This document shows positions 53,945 to 64,000 of a stretch of DNA of 64,000 nt, piece by piece. A program made the translations under genes and the position numbers. Under the pieces are notes generated by a model that saw nothing but the letters and a program-made list of their open reading frames with translations, was not told the origin of the DNA and made no database searches. The stretch is from Octopus sinensis. Taxonomy: Eukaryota. Position 1 is the first letter of the stretch. Every line of letters starts with the position of its first letter. The stretch is taken from the NCBI RefSeq assembly GCF_006345805.1, contig NC_043018.1:24986001-25050000 (forward strand), in the 5' to 3' direction.

Positions 53945-54233
53945 CAGATATCATAATCATTTGCAGCGCATGAATTAAGGATTTGCATTCTGTCCCCAAG
54001 ATCCCAAATGCAGTTATAATTTGCTCCAGACAGGTCGCTATGTATCCTCTTGCTCCAACAATAATAGGTATGAAATTCAAAGTGTATCTTGAGGACTGGT
54101 TTTGCAAACTCCTTATCAATGATCAATAGACGTCTTCTTTCTCTTGTATTTTTCTAACCACATTCGTGTCCAGAGGGAAGCTGATTTCCACAAAAGAACG
54201 TCTTATCTTTGTGGTCTCACACAACTATATCTG
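53945..54233 (-). pseudogene. RLE-type LINE endonuclease fragment
   Basis: PDIVV*D..FVEISFPLDTNV..EKEDVY..FIPIIVGARGYI (PD-(D/E) restriction-like endonuclease signature), with stops and frameshifts. Confidence 0.7.
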
Positions 54234-54238
54234 GTCAG

Positions 54239-54306
<68 letters not shown>

Positions 54307-54835
54307 TATTTAGGCAGACTTTCGGAACAGGTGGCCCACACAAGTTGGAATTTCTCTGCTTTGGTCGCGATTTTTCAAATTTCTTTTGCACCACGCACTT
54401 GCAATAATGGATGGGGGTCGGATATGCTATTTCTTAACATAAAAAAAAAATTTAATCTATAATTTTTAACACTTTTGCACCCCAGCTGGAGGCGCGTGGC
54501 TTAGTAGTTGAACTGATGGTGGTAAGATTGTGGTCCCGATTCCTGGATCGGACAACGCGTTGTGTTCTTGAGCAAGACACTTCATTTCACGTTACTCCAG
54601 TCCACTCAGCTACCAAAAAATCAATAATCCTGCGACGAACCGGCGTCCCGGACAGGTATATATCCTCTTGCTCCAACAATAATAGTAATGGTAAGTAGCT
54701 TGCTTAGCAACCATATGGTTCCGGGTTCAGTCCCATTGCGTGGCACCTGGGGCAAGTGTCTTCTACTATAGCTTCGGGCCGACCAAAACCTTCTGAGTGG
54801 ATTTGGTATGCGGAAACTGAAAGAAGCCCGTCGTA

Positions 54836-54880
<45 letters not shown>

Positions 54881-55229
54881 TATATATATATAATATATAT
54901 ATGTATGTATGTGTGTGTATGTGTTTTGTGTGTCTGTGTTGTCCCCCCAACATCGCTTGACAACCGATGCTGGTGTGTTTACGTCTCCGTAACTTAGCGG
55001 TTCGGCAAAAGAAAAACCGATAGAATAAGTACTAGGCTTACAAAGAATAAGTCCTGGGGTTTATTTGCTCGACTAAAGGTAGTGCTCCAGCATGGCCGCA
55101 GTCAAATAACTGAAACAAGTAAAAGAGTATATGTATGTATGTCCCCGAGGATGTTGTGGTGTTGCTTACGATTATCCCATCACATTAATCACCAGCAACT
55201 GAAAAAAACAAAAGGGAATGAATGAAAAA

Positions 55230-55538
55230 ATAGAGACCGCTTTTAGTCATGAATGACCATGGGATTGCACCTAGAAATTTCCCCTCCGAGGCACAAGTCC
55301 GAGCAAGGTTGTTTATGGAAGACCAGCAGTTACCCATGTATATCAGATTCTCCTCTCCCACGCCACCGATGTTATCTAAGGGAAAGGTGAAGGCTGATAT
55401 AGCTTGGCACCAGTGACGTCGCAACTCATTTCTACAGCTGATTGAACTGAAGAAACGTGGAATAAAGCTCGGCCTGGAATCGAACTCACTACCGCGTGGT
55501 CGTGAGCCCGACGCTCTAACCACTGAGCCATGCGCCTT
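55230..55538 (-). mobile_element. tRNA-derived SINE (family F)
   Basis: Minus strand GGCGCATGGCTCAGTGGTTAGAGCGTCGG..GAGTTCGATTCC head continues into non-tRNA body with no acceptor-stem closure. Confidence 0.7.
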
Positions 55539-55574
55539 CACTGAATGAAAAAATGGCCGAACAAAGAAATACGT

Positions 55575-56160
55575 GGGATGATGGTAGTGGAAGTTGTGGT
55601 GGTGATGGTGGTGTTGTGTTGACTGTGGTAATGGTTGTGGCGGTTGCGGTGGTGGAGATAGTGGCGGCCACAGTAAAAATGGTTGTGGTTGTGTTTGGGA
55701 ATGTGGTTTAAGTGATAAAGATGAAGCTGACGGTTAGATAGTGACGGTGGCGGCAAGCTTGTGGTTGTTGTGTTTAGGATAGTGATATAAGTAGTAATGA
55801 CGTAGGTAATGGAAGTTGTTGATGGCGGCGGCGGTGGGGGTAGTCGTCGTTGTCTTGTAGTGGAGGTGGTCGTGCTTGTTGGGGTGGTGGTGATGGTCAT
55901 GTTAGTTGGAGTGTCGTTGTTGCTGTTGTTGTTGGTGGTGGTGGTAATGGTTGTAGTGGTAGTGGTGGTGGTAACGATAATGATGGTAGTGATGATGGTG
56001 GTGGTGGTAATGGTTGTAGTGGTAGTGGCTGTGGTAATGGTAGTGATGGTGGTGGTGGTGATGGTAATGGTTGTAGTGTTAGTGGTGGTTGTGATGGTTG
56101 TGATGGTGATGGTTGTTGGAGCGTTAGTGTTGTTGCTCTTGGTGGTAGTGGTGGTGGCTG
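55575..56160. repeat. (GGT/GAT/TGT)n degenerate trinucleotide tract
   Basis: Directly visible low-complexity sequence. Confidence 0.85.
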
Positions 56161-57637
56161 TGAGAGCGACGCACAATCCTACACAAGGATTGTTCCGATC
56201 TTCATTATTCAGGCCTATCAAAGAGATACCAGTGACCATCCTTTTGATGGTCAAACATGGCTGCGACGACGTAGAGAGGTCAACATAGAGGTCAGTAGGC
56301 TGCATTTCACACCACCCACACTCGTCCGCCATCACCACGACCTCCGTTACCGCCGCCGCCGCCGCCACAACAGATTCCATTCTGTTAAGAGAATATGCTG
56401 GAAAGTAATTGAGAGTAGGTGTTGAAGAGACACGAAATGAGAATCACAGACAGACGGGCAGGCAGGCAGACACACAGACAGATTAACGGACAGTGAATGC
56501 TATGGTGAAGAAACAGTGACCTGAAGAATAAGAGAGCGAAAGAATAGAGTGCGTGCGTGAGTAAGAGAGACTGAGCGATATCTGTGAGTGAGAGGTGAGA
56601 AAAAGGGGAAGAGAGAGAGAAGGGGACTAAGAGAAAGAGAGTGACACAGTATATTATATAGAGAGAGAGAGTAAGAAAGAGAGCGACTGAGACAGAGAGA
56701 AACAGACAGAGGAAGACAAACAAGTATAGAAGCAGAGAGAGAGAGAGGCACAGAGAGAGAGAGAGGGGCACAAAGAGAGAGAGAGAGGCACAGAGAGAGA
56801 GAAAGAGAGAGAGAGAGGCAGAAAGAGAGAGAGAGAGGGAGAAAGAGAGAGAGAGAGGCAGAAAGAGAGAGAGAGAGGCAGAAAGAGAGAGAGAGAGGCA
56901 CAGAGAGAGAGAGAGAGACATAGAGACAGACAGACAGACAAAGACACTGGAGTGAAAGACATTGAGAAATAAATGAGTGGAACATAACAGCAATTCTTAA
57001 GACGGGGGTCATTTCCGCTTGTAAAAAATATTTAAATTCCTGGAGATAAATTTTGAGACTCCGTTGCGAACAAGTTTTTACTTTGAAAAATTCTCTATCG
57101 TTCATTATTCGAACCTGTTTTTGCTATTAATTTATTTTCCTTAATGTTTGCGAAATGTATTCGGATAAATTCTGTAATAAATTAGGGACATTTTTTTTTT
57201 ATCTTTTACTTCTTTCAGTCATGAGACTGCGGCAGTACATTGAAGAATTTTTAGTCGAATGGATCTACCCCAGTGCTTATTTTATAAGCATGGTATTCAT
57301 TCTATCGGACCTCTTTTACTGAACCGTTAAGTTACGAAGACGCAAACACGCCTACATACGTTGTCACAAACACGAAGACACACACGTAGATACACATACA
57401 CATCGATTGGCTTCTTTCACTTTTCGTGTGTGTGTATCTTTGTTTGACACCACTACTGCTTGACAACCGGTATTCGTTTGTTTTCGTCCTCGTAAGTTAG
57501 CGGTTCGGCAAAAAAAAGACCGATGCCATAAGTACCAAGCTATTCATTCGATTAAGAGTTCTTCAAGGCGGTGCTCCAGCATGACCGCACTCTATTGACT
57601 GAAAGATAGAAGATATATATATATATATACACACACG

Positions 57638-57920
57638 CAGGGTGTTCAAAGAATCTCTCCGCGGTGAATTTTTCCTTAAACGGATTATTTCGAAGAGACT
57701 TTGGCCACCAAAATTACCTGATTTAACGCTGCCAGACTTTTATTTCTGGGGAGCAAGTACAGGATCAGTGTACAAGAATCGCCCGAAAATTATTAATGAA
57801 CTAAAAGACGCAATCATAACCTTCACACGGTCCATACCGCGTCAGACTATTCAAGATGTAATTCAAAACATGTATAGAAGAGTCAACCTATGTACTGAAA
57901 TGACACTTTCAACACCTCTT
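57638..57920 (+). pseudogene. Internally deleted Tc1/mariner-superfamily element (transposase C-terminus)
   Basis: CAGGGTGTTCAAA TIR-like start, then IISKRLWPPKLPDLTLPDFYFWG..VYKNRP..INELKDAI..RRVNLC (WPPRSPDL.P.DF..WG motif). Confidence 0.85.
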
Positions 57921-58160
57921 ATAAAGTTTTTTAAAGTCTTGTAAAGTCTAATATATTCTTTTGTAGTTTTATACCATCTTATAAATATTTATATATGTGG
58001 CGTTCGATCATATGATATTAAATAATATATCAATATAGGCATATATACATACATATATGTACATGCCTACATATATATGTATATATACATGCATATATTT
58101 ATATATGCATGTATTTATATGTTATTTATATTATTATATGATCGAACGCCACGCATTCTT

Positions 58161-58945
58161 GGATCTATTCCTTTTGAACGGCAGTTTTCAATACAATTTC
58201 TAGTTAACTACAACACTTTTAAACTTCGTATACTGGTAGAATGTGTCAAAATAAAACATTTTTTTCTCTTGGCTTTCTTGAGAAAATTGTAATTTGTAAG
58301 TTTAACGTAGTTTAATTTTTCGAATTTTAACCAATCCTATGGCCTCTATTGAGCTAAAATCATTTGCTGCGTCTAAAACAGACAACATCCTATCACTAAC
58401 CCTAACCCTCACCCTAACCCTAACACTAACCCTAAATTTTAGCCTTTCGTTTATTCTTCTTAATTGTTAAATTAATTTAAGGATAACAATTAAGAAAAAA
58501 AAACAAAGGCTAAAACGAAAGCAATGGAAAATAATTTTAATTTAACAATTAAGAAAAATAAAACGAAAAGCTAAAACGAAAGAAAAACTCAAAACAAAAA
58601 CAAAACGAATAATTTTAGACACACGCGTAACAATTAAATTAATTTAACAATTAAGAAAAAAACACGAAAGGCTAAAATTTAGGGTTAGGGTTAGGGTTAG
58701 GGTTAGAGTTAGGGTTAGTGACAGGATGTTGTCTCAGTTTTAGACGCAGCAAATAATTTAAGCTCAATAGAGGCCATAGGACTGGTTAAAATTCGAAAAA
58801 TTAAACTACGTTAAACTTACAAATTACAAGAAAGCCAAGAGAAAAAAATGTTTTATTTTGACACATTCTACCAGTATACGAAGTTTAAAAGTGTTTAGTT
58901 AACTAGAAATTGTGTTGAAAACTGCCGTTCAAAAGGAAAAGATCC
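58161..58945. mobile_element. Merlin-like fold-back MITE with ~300-bp TIRs carrying telomere-type repeats
   Basis: GGATCT..TTGAACGGCAGTTTTC / GAAAACTGCCGTTCAA..AGATCC; 8-bp TSD GCATTCTT on both sides; (CCCTAA)n at ~58398-58435 and (TTAGGG)n at ~58679-58718. Shares sub-terminal sequence with 17104-17523. Confidence 0.85.
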
Positions 58946-60093
58946 GCATTCTTTTCCAATGTTCTAAAAACTTCACAGCCTTAGCTTTTTATCTCATTAC
59001 TCCCTTTTACTCTTTTACTTGTTTCAGTCATTTGACTGCAGCCATGCTGGAGCAACGCCTTTAGTCGAGCAAATCGACCCCGGGACTTATTCTTTGTAAG
59101 CCTAGTACTTATTCTATCGGTCTATTTTGCCGAACCGCTAAGTTACGGGGACGTAAACACATCAGCATCGGTTGTCAAGCGATGTTGGGGGGACAAACAC
59201 AGACACACAAGCACACACACACACACTCACAGACATATATGCATATATACGACTGGCTTCTTTCAGTTTCTGTTTCCCTATTCCACTCAAAAGGCTTTGG
59301 TCGGCCCGAGGCTAAATTTGGAGATACTCGCCCAAGGTGCCACGCAGTGGAACTATAATAAACATTATCAGCCATGCAGTGTGTATTTGCCGGCGAGCTG
59401 CTGTTGGCGTGGTGGAAAATACTCTTTCAAAACACTTCTGAGTCATGGACAGGCGAGACACCCTCCCCATTTCGCACACATACATGTATATATATAAATA
59501 CATATTCCCCTTCTTTCTTTTTCGTTTTTTCAGGAAATTCCAATCACAATTGCCCACTCCAGCATGGACAAATATATGAAAGGTCTCTAACGTTCTTACA
59601 AAATATTCAAAAGCTCTTTACTTTATTTCAATGCTCATAAATTACTCATATTTATTGTAAGTTGGTTTTAATTTATTCACTGTTGTTTTTGAAAGTTTTT
59701 CGTTGTTTTCTGTTCTGTTTCGTTATATGCTATTTCTTTTTATTTCTTGATAAATATTTGATTAAATGTAAGATTTAATTCGGTCTTACGGTTACGAAGT
59801 AATTAAGAAAAAAAATCATTATTTATTATTTCTGAGAAATTTTCAAGTGTACACATGCACACACCCCGTCACACCAATATCCTCATAGCATGACGCGCGC
59901 ACGCTCGTTCACACAAACACACACACACACACCTATTCTGTTCATCTTAATAGCAATTTAATTGCATATCTATCGACCTGTCTATTTTTCTCCTACAGCC
60001 TATCTGTCATCTGACTGTCTGTCTTTCTATCTGTCTATCTAGCTATCCATCCATCCATCAGTATGCTTATTTCTCTGTCTGTAAATCTCTTTT

Positions 60094-60125
<32 letters not shown>

Positions 60126-60376
60126 ATCTATCTATCTATCTATCATCTATCTATCTGTCTTCTGTGTCTGTCTGTCTGTCTGTCTGTCTATCTGTCTATC
60201 TAATCTATAATCTATCTATCTATCTATCTATCTATCATCTATCATTTCTCTGTCTATTGTCTATATCTATCTCACTGTATTTCCGATCTCTCGTCTTTAA
60301 ATTATATTATATTCTCTCTCTCTCTCTCTATATATATTATATGGGCTTAGATATATATATATACATATATATATAA

Positions 60377-60455
<79 letters not shown>

Positions 60456-61319
60456 ATTTATTAGTTTATTTATCTATATTTAACTATCTATCTATCTATC
60501 TATCTATTTATTTAAAGGCACGGGCGCGGCTGTGTGGTAAGAAGCTTGCTTCCCAACCGCATGGTTTCGGGTTCAGTGCCACTACGGCATCTTGGGCAAG
60601 TGTCTTCTACTGTAGTCCCAGGCCTTGTGAGTGGATTTGACGGAAACCGAAAGAAGCCGGTCGTGTGTATGTATGTATGTATGTATGTATGTATGTGTTT
60701 CTACCCCACTCCACCGCTTGACAACCGGTGTTGGTGAGTTTATATCCCCGTAACTTAGCGGTTCGGCAAAAGTGATCGATAGAATAAGTACTAGGCGCGC
60801 TTTAAAACAAATCAAAGGACTGGGGTCGATACATTCGCCCACAAATTCTTCAAGGCGGTGCTCCAGCATGGCCACAGTCGAATGACTGAAACAAGTAGAA
60901 GATAAAAGATAAAAGATATTTATCCATTCGCCACCAAGCAAATATCTAAGTCCCCAGTCGTAGCTAAATGTAGGCAAGCGGGTAGGTGGCTGGGTGGATA
61001 TTTATCTCTTCGTCTGTTATCTCTCTGTGACAATGTTTGATGCTCTTGTACATGTATGGCGACAGGGATTCAAAAACTCCAGGGACGACCAATAATCAGT
61101 GCCACAAGTTCCACACAGAAGACAGACAAACAACACCAACAGGAAGAGATAAGAAAGCTAAGTGTCATAATTCGTCTCCCGAGACCCTGGCACTCATTCC
61201 GTCTGCTATTATTCCATATCTTTAAGATTTTGCTGTATTGGTCCTTTGTGACGCTTCTTCATATCCGTAGCCAATTTGATAATTTGGTTTGCAATAGTGC
61301 TTTACGTGACTTAGCCGGG

Positions 61320-61692
61320 GATGGTGGGGAATAATGGTAGACTTCGCTATTATCTTTGCAGGTCCTCCCAACAGAATTAGAGCATCAGGAAGAAGGCCCT
61401 GCAATATTTGTACTGGTTCTATGTACTCCAAGTTCGAATCCCGCCGAGATCAATTTGCTCTTCCTTTATCATTTCGGGTACGGGGTTGATAGCCATGGGT
61501 GGTGGGGAGCGGTAGACTTCGTTATTATTTTTGCAGACCTTCCCAATAGAATTATTTGAGCAGAGGGAAGAAGGCCGTGCAGTATTTGTACTGGTCCTAT
61601 GTAAATTTACAGATTTACAAATAGAGAGTTCGAATCCGGCCGAGTTCAGTTTGCCGTTCGTTTATCATTTCGGTTACGAGGTCGATGGGTCG
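61320..61692 (+). repeat. Diverged two-unit tandem repeat related to family B SINE
   Basis: GGTAGACTTCG.TATTAT..GAAGAAGGCC.TGCA.TATTTGTACTGGT..AGTTCGAATCC.GCCGAG..TTTATCATTTCGG occurs twice (~61335 and ~61511). Confidence 0.7.
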
Positions 61693-61703
61693 ATGCTTCT
61701 CTC

Positions 61704-61763
<60 letters not shown>

Positions 61764-62443
61764 ACTCACTCACTCTCCCACTCTGCCCCATCTTTCCTTC
61801 CCCCCATCTCTCTCTTTCTCACGCGCACACATACGCACATACACATACACATACTGAAATTAGCTGCTATTAGACCTGGATGGATTCATGAGAAGCCGTA
61901 TTGTGGAATTGAACTCGACACTAGGAAATTGCAAAGCGAACTTCATAACAGCACACACATGCTTCTGTAAATGTGTGCCTCTATGCGGACGAACAAAATG
62001 CCGCTAAGCATTTCGTCCGGGGTGCAAGCGATTCCGCAAACCCGCCACCTTATGATTACAAAGCATTGGAATAAATATCTGTATCGGATTCAAGTAATGT
62101 CCCTCTCACCTACACAAAAGGTACTCGGAGTAGCTGAGCTTTGTGTTACTGAAATTATGTTTTGACGAATCATATATGGATTTTAAAAATTCTTTTACTT
62201 GTTTCAGTCACTTGACTGCGGTCATGTTAGAGCACCACCTTTAGTCGGACAAATCGACCCCAGGACTTATTCTTTGTAATCCAAGTACTTATTCTATCGG
62301 TCACTTTTGCTGAACCGCTAAGTTACGGGGACGTTAACACACCAACATCGGTTGTCAAGCGATGGTAGGACAAACATACACACAAACATATGCATGTGTG
62401 TGTGTATGTGTGTGAGTAGGCGCAATGGCCTAGTGGTTATATA

Positions 62444-62501
<58 letters not shown>

Positions 62502-62817
62502 TTTACATGACTTAATGGATTGGTCGCTGTTTAGTTATGTATTTAGGAGTTGGTTGTAATTTACTTATCGAATTTATTTACCGACACTGTTGTACATAGG
62601 GTGAAAGTGTTTGAAAGTTATGGTTTCTTTGTTATGTTTGTTCCCAAACAACACTTGTTTCAGTGCTGCTGACACCGCCGGATTGAATGGTACTGCCCAG
62701 GCGTCGAAACCATAACGATATCCGTTGGGCAGCTGATGATGGATGGATGTATGCTGGATTGTTGATGTGACTGTTTTTGTATATGAGGGATAGTATAACA
62801 CATCCTTTTGATATCTA

Positions 62818-62864
<47 letters not shown>

Positions 62865-62939
62865 TATATAGTCCCGGGTTGAGTCGGGGTTAACCACAGT
62901 AAATAAGGTACTCAATACATAGCAGAGTAAATTAATTTA

Positions 62940-63061
62940 TTTTATAGAAGGAGCTTCTACAGGACTAGAACTGTTTCATTCAAATGAAATCATCAGGAAG
63001 CTTCCTGATGATTTCATTTGAATGAAACAGTTCTAGTCCTGTAGAAGCTCCTTCTATAAAA
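62940..63061. ncRNA. Perfect 122-bp palindrome encoding one type I hammerhead on each strand
   Basis: Centre AAG|CTT at 63000/63001. Plus strand AGCTTC-CTGATGA-TTTCATTTGAAT-GAAA-CAG-TTCTAGTC-CTG-TA-GAAGCT (62999-63049); identical on the minus strand (62952-63002). Confidence 0.85.
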
Positions 63062-63076
63062 ATAAAATATATATAA

Positions 63077-63150
<74 letters not shown>

Positions 63151-63727
63151 TACATATATATACACATACATACATATATACCTATACATTATATAAAAAT
63201 CCCTTTCTTTCTCTGTGCTGGGAGAAAAGAGAATTTACTATAAAAACAAACCCCCAGCCCTCCCTCCAACGTATAATTTACTTTAAAAAGAAATACTTTA
63301 AAAGGGAAAAACGTGAGAAAAAAAAGAAAAATTAATAATCTAATTTAACAATAGACAAAAACATGTGCCTTCTCGCACATAAACACAGTATTCACACATA
63401 TACAAACATGCGCAGATGCAATTATTGAAGTACTAAATGGCACGTCAAATGATATTTAATCGTGTGGAACATGTTACATGCATATCAATATTCTAAAGTT
63501 TGGACATACTATCCCTTATCCTAAAGCTGCTTCAGACAATTAGGAAGGGTTCCCGACTCGTTGCACCGTCTGCTTTCAATCTTGGATTGTGATTCGGCTC
63601 AGCCCAAACTCTCTCAGATTTTGTCTGCTGTTGCCTACTCCTACAAGGATTGCACCTGTTTTTTGTTCCTGATTTAACCCCGATTTGTCCTAGAGCCCAT
63701 AGAAGATTGTTTTTAGTCACCACCATC

Positions 63728-64000
63728 ATGTCAGCTACCTACGCATCGAAACTGAGATCTGCAAGTAGGGCTTCTCATCAAGATGATGGTCCTACCAATA
63801 GTCAGCTCAACGAGCAGTTGCTGTTGCTCAAACAAGAGGTTGAGCACCTAAAGTCTGTTGTTGCTCTCTTACTGAATAAACAGTCTCCTGTTGACGCAGA
63901 GTCACCCTTAATTTCTTCCCTGGAGACGTCCAAACCGAAGGGAACAAAATCGAAGCGGCCAAAGAAGGCGAAGGAACCGGCGGTCGTTTCTGCACATGAT
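63728..64000 (+). CDS. Open frame running off the window end; probable ORF1/gag-like N-terminus of a retrotransposon
   Basis: ACCATCATG start, then 91 codons without a stop: MSATYASKLRSAS..NEQLLLLKQEVEHLKSVVALLL (coiled-coil-like)..KPKGTKSKRPKKAKE (basic). GC-richer than flanks, with a ~200-nt leader from ~63530. Identity is inferred. Confidence 0.55.
   Translation, partial: MSATYASKLRSASRASHQDDGPTNSQLNEQLLLLKQEVEHLKSVVALLLNKQSPVDAESPLISSLETSKPKGTKSKRPKKAKEPAVVSAHD

Noticed and set aside
55538-56380. 280-aa Thr-rich 'mucin-like' ORF
   Set aside because: Mostly a degenerate trinucleotide tract that is open on both strands; no signal peptide or domain recognised.
58398-58718. Telomere or chromosome-fusion scar
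   Set aside because: The short TTAGGG blocks lie symmetrically inside the TIRs of a MITE bounded by an 8-bp TSD.
61065-61130. GRPIIS motif suggesting a Penelope RT N-terminal fragment
   Set aside because: The match is too short and flanking residues give no further support.

Overview
AT-rich, repeat-saturated eukaryotic DNA. The SINE families and the extreme (TA)n/(CA)n/(TACA)n/(GA)n/(GATA)n content point to an Octopus genome; this is inferred from recognised repeat families, not from a search. No host protein-coding gene is confidently identifiable, and almost all entries in the ORF track are microsatellite or SINE read-through. Supported content: many tRNA-derived and RTE-related SINE copies; decayed transposase fragments (Tigger/pogo, two Tc1/mariner); RT or endonuclease fragments (Penelope, RTE, R4/Dong-like RLE, L1/Tx1); piggyBac-, mariner-, hAT- and Merlin-type MITEs; a ~1.55-kb tandem duplication; a 100-N gap; an ORF1-like frame running off the right end; and a weak candidate minus-strand gene starting near 15.6-16.0 kb. 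The most striking unexplained signal is a swarm of more than ten hammerhead-ribozyme motifs. Most lie in short non-coding fold-back elements embedded in (TA)n tracts, resembling Penelope pLTRs or retrozymes. They include a canonical type I motif (6402-6479), a perfect 122-bp palindrome encoding a hammerhead on each strand (62940-63061), and a recurrent GAAA-(23-27 nt)-CTGATGA tandem half-core. All structures were read by eye and none has been tested.
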